From Acidimicrobiales bacterium (GTDB lineage: Bacteria; Actinomycetota; Acidimicrobiia; Acidimicrobiales; CADCSY01), in the NCBI GenBank assembly GCA_035540955.1, contig DATLFP010000009.1:845-64844 (forward strand): a stretch of DNA of 64,000 nt, read 5' to 3'. The position numbers were made by a program, and so were the translations under genes. Positions 52,088 to 61,056 of this stretch are shown in pieces (within the stretch, counting starts at the first letter, position 1; each line of letters starts with the position of its first letter). The notes beneath the pieces are model-generated. The model had not been told where the DNA came from. It ran no database searches and worked only from the letters and a program-made list of their open reading frames with translations.

Positions 52088-53809
52088 ATGGGTTCGACGC
52101 CCCAATCACTGCTGGACGCCCGGGTGCGGGCCGCCGTCGAGGCGATCGCGCCCGGCGCCGAGCTCGCGGGTGCCGTCGTGACCACCGCCAAGGACCCCGC
52201 CCACGGCGACTACTCCACGCCCGTCGCCCTGCAGCTGGCCAAGCAGCTGAAGCAGGCACCCCTCGACATCGCCGAACGCCTCGCGGCCGCCCTCGACGTC
52301 ACCGGCCTCGCCGGACCGCCCACCGTCGCCCCGCCGGGGTTCGTCAACCTGACGATCGACCCCGGCTGGCTGGCCGGCCGGCTCGGCGAGCTCGTGGGCG
52401 ACGAGCGGGCCGGCGTCGAGCGGGCGGCGACCAAGGAGCTGGTGGTCGTCGACTACTCGGCGCCGAACATGGCCCGCCAGATGCACGTCGGCCACCTGCG
52501 CTCGACGATCATCGGCGACGCCCTCGCTCACGTGTACGAGCACCTCGGCCACCAGCTCGACCGCGTGAACCACATCGGCGACTACGGCGCGCAGTTCGGC
52601 GTGCTGCTCGCCCAGTTCGAGGACCGGCGGCGCGCCGATCCCGGCTTCCAGGTCGAGGACCCCGACGCGTTCTACCGCGAGGCCAACGCCCGGGCAAAGG
52701 ACGACGCCGAGTTCTTCGAGCGCTCCCGGCAGCGGGTCGTCGGCCTGCAGTCGGGAGAGCGCGAGGCCCGGGCCGTCTGGCTCGAGTTCCTCGACTCGAC
52801 CCGGCGGACCAACCAGCCCATCTACGACCTCCTCGGCATCCACGACCTCGAGGAGCGCGGCGAGTCCTTCTACGAGCCCATGCTGGCCGACGTCGTCGCC
52901 GAGCTGGAGCAGAAGGGCCTCCTCGTGGAGGACCAGGGCGCAAGGGTCGTCTTCGTCCCCGGCTTCACCAACCGCGACGGCGAACCGCTCCCGCTGATCG
53001 TCGTCAACCAGCACGGCGGTTACGTCTACGGCACCACCGATCTCGCGGCCATCCGCCATCGGGCGCGGGACCTCGGTGCCGATCGGATCCTCTACGTGGT
53101 CGACGCCGGCCAGAGCCAGCACCTGGAGATGGTGTTCGCGGTCGCCCGGATGGCGGGCTGGACCGACGGCGTGCACGTGGAGCACATCGGCTTCGGGCTG
53201 GTGCTCGGCGATGACGGCAAGCGTCTGCGGGCTCGGACGGGTGACAACCCGAAGCTCGCCGAGCTGCTGCAGGAGGCCGTCGATCGGGCTCGCGCCTTCG
53301 TGATCGCCCGGGCCGCCGAGCGCCAGGAGCCGGTGCCCGACGACGTCGACCAGATCGCCCACACCATCGGCATCGGCGCCGTGAAGTACGCCGACCTGAG
53401 CCAGAACCGCTTCAGCAACTACGTCTTCTCCTACGAGAAGATGTTGAGCCTGCGGGGCAACACCGCGCCGTACCTCCAGTACGCCTACGCCCGCATGCGC
53501 TCGATCCTGCGAGAGGCGTCACCGGGCGAGCGGATCGTGCTGTCCGAACCGGAGGAGCTCGACCTCGCCAAGCGGCTCGTGGCGTTGCCCGACGTGCTGC
53601 ACCGGGTCACCACCGACCACGAGCCCAACCACCTGTGCAGCCACCTGTTCGAGGTGGCGCAGTCGTTCAGCCGGTTCTACGAGGCGTGCCCGGTGCTGCG
53701 GGCCGATGAGCCGGCGCGGTCGTCGCGTCTCGCGCTGTGCGCCGTGAGCGCCAACACCCTGCGGTCGGGGCTCGCCCTCCTCGGCATCGACGTCCTCGAG
53801 CGCATCTAG
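52088..53809 (+). CDS. argS: arginine--tRNA ligase
   Basis: 573 aa from ATG 52088. It has the HIGH-type motif MHVGHLRS, DHIGDYG and the C-terminal anticodon-binding region ending ...GIDVLERI. Confidence 0.95.
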   Translation: MGSTPQSLLDARVRAAVEAIAPGAELAGAVVTTAKDPAHGDYSTPVALQLAKQLKQAPLDIAERLAAALDVTGLAGPPTVAPPGFVNLTIDPGWLAGRLGELVGDERAGVERAATKELVVVDYSAPNMARQMHVGHLRSTIIGDALAHVYEHLGHQLDRVNHIGDYGAQFGVLLAQFEDRRRADPGFQVEDPDAFYREANARAKDDAEFFERSRQRVVGLQSGEREARAVWLEFLDSTRRTNQPIYDLLGIHDLEERGESFYEPMLADVVAELEQKGLLVEDQGARVVFVPGFTNRDGEPLPLIVVNQHGGYVYGTTDLAAIRHRARDLGADRILYVVDAGQSQHLEMVFAVARMAGWTDGVHVEHIGFGLVLGDDGKRLRARTGDNPKLAELLQEAVDRARAFVIARAAERQEPVPDDVDQIAHTIGIGAVKYADLSQNRFSNYVFSYEKMLSLRGNTAPYLQYAYARMRSILREASPGERIVLSEPEELDLAKRLVALPDVLHRVTTDHEPNHLCSHLFEVAQSFSRFYEACPVLRADEPARSSRLALCAVSANTLRSGLALLGIDVLERI

Positions 53810-53821
53810 CGTCGGCGCCCG

Positions 53822-53911
53822 ATGAAGACCAGGACGCTCATCGTGCTCGCCCTCCTGTGCGGCATGGCCCTGCTCCTCGCGTTCACCGTGCAGGTGCTCC
53901 AGGCCCGGTGA
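53822..53911 (+). CDS. candidate 29-aa hydrophobic small ORF, translationally coupled to the acyltransferase gene
   Basis: MKTRTLIVLALLCGMALLLAFTVQVLQAR. All 28 post-start codons end in G or C. Its TGA overlaps the GTG of the next gene (GTGA). It is not in the ORF track because it is under 60 aa. Confidence 0.35.
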   Translation: MKTRTLIVLALLCGMALLLAFTVQVLQAR

Positions 53912-54972
53912 GCGCCTCCGGCCTGCGCCACGTCAATGCCCTCGACGGCGTGCGCGGAGTCGCGGTGGCCCTGGTGGTCGTCCATCACGTCGTGGTCCGC
54001 GACCCCGACGCCGTCGTCCGGGGCGGTTGGCTGGGCGTCGACCTCTTCTTCGTGCTGAGCGGCTTCCTCATCACGGTCTCCGTGCTGCAGCGACCGGAGG
54101 TCGGTGGCTTCCTCCGCCGCCGATGGTGGCGCCTGGGTCCGGCGATGGCGGTGTTCCTCGCCGTCTATGCGGTCGCCAGCATCGGCGCCGACGACGCCCG
54201 CCAGCGCCTCGAGTGGCTGCTGGCCGCCACCACGCAGTGGACCAACGTCCAGGGCGCCATCGGTCCGCCGTTCTCACCGCACATGGGCCACCTGTGGTCG
54301 CTGTCGGCCGAGGTCCAGTTCTACGTGGTCTGGGGCCTCGGTCTCATCCTCCTCGTGCGGTTCGGCGCGCCGCGGCCGGTGATCGCCGGGCTCGTCGTCG
54401 CGCTGTTCCTGGCGTCGTGGGCCGAGCGGTTCGTCCTGTGGGAGGGCGGCACGCCCTGGAACCGCCTGTACCTGGGTCCCGACACCCACGGCGGGTCGCT
54501 GCTCGCCGGCTGCGCGCTGGGCCTCGCGTACGCGTGGCTCGACGTCGCTCGCCTTCGACGGCCCCTCGCATTCCTCGCCTTGCCGGCGGCGGCGGTGATG
54601 GCGTGGATGGTGGTCGAGCTGTCGTTCCTCGACGGCCGGACCTACCAATGGGGGCTCACGGCGGTCGCCGTCGCCGGGGTCATCTTCGTCGCCGGTGGCG
54701 CCACCGGCGCGCCGTCGCCGCTCCGGCCGGTCTTCGAGCTGCTGCCGCTCGTGGTGCTCGGCCGGATCTCGTACTCGGTGTACCTCTGGCACCTGCCGAT
54801 CATCGAGGAGGTGTCGCGCCGCAACGAGGGTGACATCGCTCGCATCGCGGCCATCGCCATCCCGCTGTCGCTGGCCGCCGGCGCGCTCTCCTACCTGCTC
54901 GTGGAGCGACCGTTCCTCCGCGGGATGCCCCGCCGGCAGCCGACCGCCAGGCACCCGTCGCCGACTCGTTAG
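53908..54972 (+). CDS. acyltransferase family 3 (OafA/YrhL-like) membrane O-acyltransferase
   Basis: 354 aa from GTG 53908. It has NALDGVRGVAVALVVVHH, a multi-helix membrane protein layout, and ISYSVYLWHLP near the C-terminus. Confidence 0.85.
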   Translation: MSASGLRHVNALDGVRGVAVALVVVHHVVVRDPDAVVRGGWLGVDLFFVLSGFLITVSVLQRPEVGGFLRRRWWRLGPAMAVFLAVYAVASIGADDARQRLEWLLAATTQWTNVQGAIGPPFSPHMGHLWSLSAEVQFYVVWGLGLILLVRFGAPRPVIAGLVVALFLASWAERFVLWEGGTPWNRLYLGPDTHGGSLLAGCALGLAYAWLDVARLRRPLAFLALPAAAVMAWMVVELSFLDGRTYQWGLTAVAVAGVIFVAGGATGAPSPLRPVFELLPLVVLGRISYSVYLWHLPIIEEVSRRNEGDIARIAAIAIPLSLAAGALSYLLVERPFLRGMPRRQPTARHPSPTR

Positions 54973-54975
54973 CCT
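54970..54975 (+). promoter_or_regulatory. candidate -10 box TAGCCT, 7 nt upstream of the lpd GTG
   Basis: The sequence reads TAGCCT-cgacctc-GTG(54983). The box overlaps the TAG stop of the acyltransferase gene. Confidence 0.25.
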
Positions 54976-54982
54976 CGACCTC

Positions 54983-56383
54983 GTGGCTGACCAGTTCGAC
55001 GTCGTCGTCATCGGTGGAGGACCGGGGGGCTACGCCGCCGCCCTGTACGGCGCGGCCGCGGGGCTGAGCATCTGCCTGATCGAGTACGACAAGGTCGGCG
55101 GCACGTGCCTGCACCGCGGCTGCATCCCGGCCAAGGAGCTGCTCGAGTCGGCCCACGTGTTCCGCACGGTGGCCCGGGCCGGCGACTTCGGCGTGGAGAC
55201 CACGAGCCCGACCATGCAGCTCGCCACCACGATGGAGCGCAAGCAGCGCGTGGTCGACGCCCTGTGGAAGGGGCTCGAGGGTGTGCTGAAGGGCCGGAAG
55301 GTGACGACCATCGCCGGCACCGGCCGCTACCGCGGCGGCGGCACCGTCGAGATCGAACTCAACGACGGCAGCTCCCAGACCGTCGAGGGTCGCTCGGTCA
55401 TCCTGGCCTCGGGGTCGGTGCCGCGCACCATCCCCGGCTTCGACGTCGACGGCCGGTTCGTCCTCACCTCCGACGAGGTCCTCGAGCTCGACGCGCTCCC
55501 GCGCACCGCGGCCGTCATCGGCGCCGGTGCCATCGGGTGCGAGTTCGCGTCGTTCCTGGCCGACGTCGGCGTGCAGGTCACGCTCCTCGAGGGGCTGCCC
55601 AAGATCCTGCCGGGCGCCGACGCCGACGTCGCCAACGTCGTGCTCCGCTCGTTCAAGAAGCGGGGGATCGACGTGCGCACCGGAGTCCGGATCACCGGAC
55701 ACGAGCCGGGCGAGTCGACCACCCGCGTGCAGATGGAGGGCAGCGAGCCGCTCGAGGTCGACACGGTCGTGGTGTCGGTCGGGCGGCGGCCGCTCTCGGA
55801 GAGCCTCGGCCTCGACGGCACCGGCGTGGAGGTCGACGAGCGAGGGTTCGTGAAGGTCGACCAGACGTGCCGCACGAGCGTGCCCGGCGTGTGGGCGGTG
55901 GGCGACCTCATCGCCACGCCCGCCCTCGCCCACATCGGCTTCGCCGAGGCGATCGTGGCGATCAAGGACATCCTCGGTGAGTCGCCGGTGCCCGTCGACT
56001 ACGGCCGGGTGCCGTGGGCGATCTACTGCCACCCCGAGGTCGCGTTCGCCGGTCACTCCGAGGAGTCGGCCCGGGAGGCGGGCTACGACGTCGTCGTGTC
56101 GAAGCACCAGTACCGCGGCAACGGGCGGGCGATGATCGTCGGCGACCCCGAGGGCCTGGTGAAGGTCATCGCCGCCAAGACCGACGACGGCCGCGCCGGG
56201 CAGGTGCTCGGTGTGCACATGGTCGGGCCGTGGGTGACCGAGCAGCTCGGCCAGGCCTACCTCGCCGTGAACTGGGAGGCGACCGTCGACGAGGTGGCCC
56301 ACTACATCCAGCCCCATCCGACGCTCTCGGAGCTGTTCGGCGAGACCGTCATGGCCCTCACGGGTCGCGCGCTGCACGGGTAG
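54983..56383 (+). CDS. lpd: dihydrolipoyl dehydrogenase (E3)
   Basis: 466 aa with FDVVVIGGGPGGY, the redox-active GGTCLHRGCIPAK, and a C-terminal HPTLSE motif. Confidence 0.95.
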   Translation: MADQFDVVVIGGGPGGYAAALYGAAAGLSICLIEYDKVGGTCLHRGCIPAKELLESAHVFRTVARAGDFGVETTSPTMQLATTMERKQRVVDALWKGLEGVLKGRKVTTIAGTGRYRGGGTVEIELNDGSSQTVEGRSVILASGSVPRTIPGFDVDGRFVLTSDEVLELDALPRTAAVIGAGAIGCEFASFLADVGVQVTLLEGLPKILPGADADVANVVLRSFKKRGIDVRTGVRITGHEPGESTTRVQMEGSEPLEVDTVVVSVGRRPLSESLGLDGTGVEVDERGFVKVDQTCRTSVPGVWAVGDLIATPALAHIGFAEAIVAIKDILGESPVPVDYGRVPWAIYCHPEVAFAGHSEESAREAGYDVVVSKHQYRGNGRAMIVGDPEGLVKVIAAKTDDGRAGQVLGVHMVGPWVTEQLGQAYLAVNWEATVDEVAHYIQPHPTLSELFGETVMALTGRALHG

Positions 56384-56393
56384 GAGACACGAC

Positions 56394-57800
56394 ATGGCCG
56401 ACATCACGATGCCCCAGCTCGGTGAGACCGTCACCGAGGGGACGATCACCCGCTGGTTCAAGAAGGTGGGCGACACCGTCGCCGAGGACGAGGTGATCTT
56501 CGAGGTGTCGACCGACAAGGTCGACTCCGAGGTGCCCTCGCCGGTGTCGGGCACCCTCACCGAGATCCTCGTGCCCGAGGGCGACACCGTCGACGTCGGC
56601 ACCGTGCTCGCCCGCGTGGGCGACGCCGCCGGCGCGCCGCCGCCGGCCGCCGCCGAGCCGGCTCCCGCGGCCGAGCCCGAGCCCGAGCCGGCGCCCGAGG
56701 CCGAGCCGGCGCCCGTTGCCGACGCCGCGCCGGCGCCTCCGCCCGCTCCCGCGCCGGCAGCGCCCGCCCCGGAGGCTCCGGCGCCCGCGCCCGCGCCCGC
56801 TCCCGCACCCGCCACCGCCGGCGGCGCCTCGCCGAACGGGGAGGGCCAGCTGCTGTCGCCGGTCGTGCGCCGGCTGATCAGCGAGCACGACCTCGACCCC
56901 GCCACCATCAGCGGTTCGGGGGCCGGCGGGCGCATCACCCGCGACGACGTCCTCGCCGTCATCGACGAGAAGGGTCGCTCGGCGCCGGCCGCCGCCCCTG
57001 CCCCGTCCGCGGCGCCCGCTGCCGCCCCCGCGCCGTCCGCGCCGGCGCCCGCCGCGGCGGCCGGACCGGCGCCGGCGGCCGGCGATCGCGACGAGGTCGT
57101 GCCCTTCACCAACATCCGGCGGCGGACGGCCGAGCACATGACGCGGTCGAAGGCCACCTCGGCCCACGCGCTCGTCGCCATCGAGGTCGACTACGACAAC
57201 GTCGACCGGGTCCGGCTGCCGGCCAAGGACGAGTTCCGGGCCGAGGAGGGCGTCGCCCTCACGTACCTGCCGTTCACCGCTCGGGCCGTGGTCGACGCCC
57301 TCCGCGAGTACCCGCAGCTGAACGCGTCGGTCGGCGAGAACGAGCTGATCGTCCACCAGGACGTGCACCTCGGCTTCGCCGTCGACCTCAGCTTCGAGGG
57401 CCTCGTGGTGCCGGTGGTCCACCGCGCCGACGGGATGCGGCTGCGGGCCATCGCCCGGCAGGTGGCCGACCTCGCCGACCGCGCCCGCTCGAAGCGCCTG
57501 TCGCCCGACGACATCGCCGGGGGAACCTTCACGATCACCAACGTCGGCTCCTACGGCACGGTGCTCACGATGCCGGTGATCAACCAGCCGCAGATCGCCA
57601 TCCTGTCGACCGACGGCGTCAAGCGCCGCCCGGTGGTGGTGACCCTGCCCGACGGCAGTGAGGCCATCGCCATCCATCCCACCGGCAACCTGGCGATGTC
57701 GTGGGACCACCGCGCCGTCGACGGCGCGTACGCGGCGGCGTTCATGGCCAAGGTGAAGGAGATCCTCGAGACCCGCGACTGGGCATCGGAGCTGGCATAG
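56394..57800 (+). CDS. 2-oxoacid dehydrogenase E2 dihydrolipoamide acyltransferase (one lipoyl domain)
   Basis: 468 aa. The lipoyl-lysine context is EVSTDKVDSEV. It has two Ala/Pro-rich linkers, a peripheral subunit-binding domain (SPVVRRLISEHDLD) and the catalytic SWDHRAVDGA. Confidence 0.95.
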   Translation: MADITMPQLGETVTEGTITRWFKKVGDTVAEDEVIFEVSTDKVDSEVPSPVSGTLTEILVPEGDTVDVGTVLARVGDAAGAPPPAAAEPAPAAEPEPEPAPEAEPAPVADAAPAPPPAPAPAAPAPEAPAPAPAPAPAPATAGGASPNGEGQLLSPVVRRLISEHDLDPATISGSGAGGRITRDDVLAVIDEKGRSAPAAAPAPSAAPAAAPAPSAPAPAAAAGPAPAAGDRDEVVPFTNIRRRTAEHMTRSKATSAHALVAIEVDYDNVDRVRLPAKDEFRAEEGVALTYLPFTARAVVDALREYPQLNASVGENELIVHQDVHLGFAVDLSFEGLVVPVVHRADGMRLRAIARQVADLADRARSKRLSPDDIAGGTFTITNVGSYGTVLTMPVINQPQIAILSTDGVKRRPVVVTLPDGSEAIAIHPTGNLAMSWDHRAVDGAYAAAFMAKVKEILETRDWASELA

Positions 57801-57802
57801 CC

Positions 57803-59398
57803 GTGCTCCACGTCCGGTGGCTCGGTCGGGTCCGCTACCGCGACGCGCACGCGCTGCAGCGGGGGCTGTACGAGCACTCGGCCGACGACCACCTGCTCCT
57901 GCTCGAGCACGCGCCGGTCTACACGCTCGGGGTGCGGGCCGACCTCGCCAACGTGCTTGTGCCGCCGGCCGACGTCGGCGCCGAGCTGGTCCGGGCCGAC
58001 CGGGGCGGCGACGTCACCTACCACGGCCCCGGCCAGCTGACCGGCTACCCGATCCTCACCGTGCCCGGCCGCCGCGGTGGGGGCATGGCCGACACCGTGG
58101 CCTACGTGCGGTCGGTGGAGCAGGTCGTGATCGACGCGCTCGCCGACCTCGGCGTCGCCGCCGGCCGCCTCGACCGCTACCCCGGCGTCTGGATCGACGA
58201 CCGCAAGGTGTGCGCGGTGGGCGTCAAGCTCTCGCGGGGCCGGTCGATGCACGGGTTCGCCCTCAACGTCGACACCGATCTCGCGATGTTCGACCACATC
58301 GTGCCGTGCGGCATCGCCGACAAGCAGGTCACGTCGCTGCGGGCCGAGGGCTTCGCAGTGGCGATGGCCGACGTCGTCGACGCCGTCGCCGCCCGCGCCG
58401 TCGAGCGGTGGGGCACCGCCGGCCACACCCGCGCCGACACCACCGAGTTCTCGGGTCGGCCGGGGCCCCAGGTGGGCCCGGAACAGCCCGAGATCTCCTC
58501 GACGTTGGTGCGGCTGCGCAAGGCGGGCGTGGCCGAGGGGCTGCCGATCGGGGAGCGCAAGCCCGAGTGGCTGCGGGCGCGGGCGACGATGGGTCGCGAG
58601 TACCTGGCCCTCAAGCGCACGATGCGCGACCTCGATCTCGTGACCGTGTGCGAGGAGGCCGGCTGCCCGAACATCTTCGAGTGCTGGGCCGACGGCACCG
58701 CCACGTTCATGATCAACGGCGAGCGGTGCACCAGGGCGTGCGGCTTCTGCCTCGTCGACACCCGCCACCCGCTGGCCCTCGACCCCGACGAGCCGGCCCG
58801 GGTGGCGGCCGCTGTCGAGCGTCTGGGTCTCTCGCACGCCGTCGTCACCGCCGTCGCCCGCGACGACCTCGACGACGGCGGGGCCGCCGCCTTCGCCGCC
58901 ACCATCGACGCCATCCGCCGCCGGCGGCCGGGGTGCGCGGTGGAGGTCCTCGTGCCCGACTGCAAGGGCAACCCCGACGCGATCGCCACGATCGTCGACG
59001 CCCGTCCCGATGTGTTCAACCACAACCTCGAGACCGTGGCCCGCCTGCAGCGGGCCGTCCGGCCCTCCGCCGGCTACGCCCGGTCGCTGTCGGTCCTGGC
59101 CCGGGCCAAGGCCGCCGGCCTCACCACCAAGTCGGGCCTGATCCTCGGGATGGGGGAGACCGACGCCGAGGTGGTCGAGGCGCTCGCCGACCTGCGGGGC
59201 GTCGGCGTCGACATCGTGACCATCGGGCAGTACCTGCGGCCCACCGCCCGGCACCTGCCGGTGGCGCGGTGGGTGCCGCCGGCGACCTTCGACGCGCTGG
59301 CCGCCGCCGGCCGCGGCCTCGGCATCCCCCACGTCGAGGCGTCACCGATGACCCGGTCGAGCTACCACGCCCGCCAGGCCGCCGAAGCGGCGTCCTGA
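57803..59398 (+). CDS. lipB-lipA: fused octanoyltransferase LipB - lipoyl synthase LipA (single ORF)
   Basis: GTG 57803. LipB motifs are RGGDVTYHGPGQL, KVCAVGVK, VPCGI. They are followed, with no stop codon, by LipA motifs CEEAGCPNIFEC, CTRACGFC and the C-terminal RSSYHA. An in-frame GTG at 58472 could also give a separate LipA. Confidence 0.85.
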   Translation: MLHVRWLGRVRYRDAHALQRGLYEHSADDHLLLLEHAPVYTLGVRADLANVLVPPADVGAELVRADRGGDVTYHGPGQLTGYPILTVPGRRGGGMADTVAYVRSVEQVVIDALADLGVAAGRLDRYPGVWIDDRKVCAVGVKLSRGRSMHGFALNVDTDLAMFDHIVPCGIADKQVTSLRAEGFAVAMADVVDAVAARAVERWGTAGHTRADTTEFSGRPGPQVGPEQPEISSTLVRLRKAGVAEGLPIGERKPEWLRARATMGREYLALKRTMRDLDLVTVCEEAGCPNIFECWADGTATFMINGERCTRACGFCLVDTRHPLALDPDEPARVAAAVERLGLSHAVVTAVARDDLDDGGAAAFAATIDAIRRRRPGCAVEVLVPDCKGNPDAIATIVDARPDVFNHNLETVARLQRAVRPSAGYARSLSVLARAKAAGLTTKSGLILGMGETDAEVVEALADLRGVGVDIVTIGQYLRPTARHLPVARWVPPATFDALAAAGRGLGIPHVEASPMTRSSYHARQAAEAAS

Positions 59399-59402
59399 CG
59401 CG

Positions 59403-59909
59403 TCAGTCGGCTGCGGCGCGGAACGCGGCGAACGCGTCGTCGCCGAAGAGCACGAAGCGCACGAGGTCGACGGCGGTGTCGGCCTCCCGCACCGCGGTGA
59501 GCGCCACCTCCGCGGCCTCGGCCACCGGGTAGCCGTAGACCCCGCACGAGATGGCGGGGAACGAGACGGAGCGGGCGCCCAGCTCGTCGGCCACCGCCAG
59601 CGACTGCGTGTGGCACGACGCCAGCAGGTGCTCGGGGTGATCGTGCTCGTCGTAGACGGGGCCGACGGTGTGGATCACCCACCGGGCCTTGAGGCGGCCG
59701 GCGGTCGTGGCCACCGCCTGGCCGGTGGGGAGGCCGTCGGGGTAGGTCGTGCGGCGGATCTGCCGGCACACCTCGAGGATCTCGGGTCCGCCGGCCCGGT
59801 GGATGGCCCCGTCGACACCGCCGCCGCCGAGCAGCGACGAGTTGGCCGCGTTCACGATGGCGTCGGTGTCCTCGTCGGTGAGATCGCCGCGCACCACCTC
59901 GATGTCCAC
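59403..59909 (-). CDS. macro-domain protein (O-acetyl-ADP-ribose deacetylase / YmdB-like)
   Basis: 168 aa with GDLTDEDTDAIVNAANSSLLGGGGVDGAIH and SVSFPAISCGVYGYP. GTG start. Confidence 0.9.
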   Translation of the reverse strand: MDIEVVRGDLTDEDTDAIVNAANSSLLGGGGVDGAIHRAGGPEILEVCRQIRRTTYPDGLPTGQAVATTAGRLKARWVIHTVGPVYDEHDHPEHLLASCHTQSLAVADELGARSVSFPAISCGVYGYPVAEAAEVALTAVREADTAVDLVRFVLFGDDAFAAFRAAAD

Positions 59910-59913
59910 GCTC

Positions 59914-59919
59914 TACTGT
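59914..59919 (+). promoter_or_regulatory. candidate -10 box TACTGT, 6 nt upstream of GTG 59926
   Basis: The sequence reads TACTGT-cgcgcg-GTG. The whole divergent intergenic region is only 16 bp. Confidence 0.35.
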
Positions 59920-59925
59920 CGCGCG

Positions 59926-61056
59926 GTGGCTCGGGTCGACACGCCAAGCGCCGGATCGGCCTTCGCCGAGCGCGTCGCCCGCGCGCGGTCGCGCATGAGC
60001 GAGCTCGACGTCGACGTGCTGCTGCTCTCGGTGGGCGCCGACCTCCCGTGGCTCACCGGCTACGAGGCCATGCCCCTCGAGCGGCTCACGATGCTCGTCC
60101 TTCCCCGCGACGGCGACGCCACCCTGCTCGTGCCCCGGCTCGAGGCGCCCCGCGTCGAGGAGCGCCCCGACGTGTTCGCCATCCTCCCGTGGGACGAGAC
60201 CGACGACCCCGTCGGCATGGTGGCCAAGCTGGCGGCGGGCGCCGGCGCCATCGCCATCGGCGACCGCACCTGGGCCCGGTTCCTCGTCGACCTCCACGCC
60301 CTGCTGCCCGGCGTCACCTGGCGGAAGGGCAGCGACGTGACCGCGCCGCTGCGGGCCCGCAAGGACGCGGCGGAGATCAGTGCTCTGCGGGCTGCGTCGG
60401 CCGCCGCCGACCGCGTCGCCGCCCAGCTCCAGGGCGGGGAGATCCCGCTCGTCGGCCGCACCGAGCGGGAGGTGTCGCGCGACCTCGGGCGGCGGCTCGT
60501 CGCCGAAGGCCACGCCCGGGTGAACTTCGCCATCGTCGCCGCCGGCGAGCACGCGGCGAGCCCGCATCACGAGCCGGGCGAGCGGGTCATCGACGCCGGC
60601 GAGATGGTGCTGTGCGACTTCGGCGGCACCATGCCCGACGGCTACTGCTCCGACATCACCCGGTGCGTGTGGACCGGCGGCGACGTGCCGTCGCGCGTGC
60701 GTGACCTCTACGCCGTGCTGCAGGACGCGCAGGCGCGGGCCGTCGAGGCGGCGGTCGTCGGCACGCCGTGCGAGGACGTCGACGGCGTGGCCCGCCGGCT
60801 CATCACCGACGGCGGCTACGGGCCGCACTTCATCCATCGCACCGGTCACGGGATCGGCCTCGAGGAGCACGAGGACCCGTACCTCGTCGGCGGCAACTGC
60901 GAGCCGCTGGCGCCCGGCCACGCGTTCTCGATCGAGCCCGGCATCTACCTCGCCGGTGACGTCGGCGCCCGCATCGAGGACATCGTCGTCGCCACCGAGG
61001 CGGGGCCCGAGCCCCTCAACCACGTGACGCACGACCTCGTGGTGGTCGAGCGCTGA
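59926..61056 (+). CDS. M24-family Xaa-Pro aminopeptidase/dipeptidase
   Basis: 376 aa from GTG 59926. Pita-bread metal ligands are in DFGGTM..YCSDITR, HRTGHGIGLEEHE and FSIEPGIY...ARIED. Confidence 0.85.
   Translation: MARVDTPSAGSAFAERVARARSRMSELDVDVLLLSVGADLPWLTGYEAMPLERLTMLVLPRDGDATLLVPRLEAPRVEERPDVFAILPWDETDDPVGMVAKLAAGAGAIAIGDRTWARFLVDLHALLPGVTWRKGSDVTAPLRARKDAAEISALRAASAAADRVAAQLQGGEIPLVGRTEREVSRDLGRRLVAEGHARVNFAIVAAGEHAASPHHEPGERVIDAGEMVLCDFGGTMPDGYCSDITRCVWTGGDVPSRVRDLYAVLQDAQARAVEAAVVGTPCEDVDGVARRLITDGGYGPHFIHRTGHGIGLEEHEDPYLVGGNCEPLAPGHAFSIEPGIYLAGDVGARIEDIVVATEAGPEPLNHVTHDLVVVER

Noticed and set aside
56640-57080. GC-rich short tandem repeats (GCGCCCGCGCCCGC..., GCCGAGCCCGAGCCC...)
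   Set aside because: They encode the Ala/Pro-rich interdomain linkers normal for E2 acyltransferases. They are not a CRISPR array or a non-coding microsatellite.
54800-57181. 793-aa minus-strand ORF opposite lpd and the E2 gene
   Set aside because: It is antisense to two strongly supported genes. Its Ala/Gly repeats simply mirror the Ala/Pro linkers of E2.
58472-59398. Annotating lipA as a separate gene starting at the in-frame GTG 58472
   Set aside because: There is no stop codon upstream of it in the lipB frame, so ribosomes translating lipB must continue into lipA. Separate initiation cannot be excluded, but it does not remove the fusion product.
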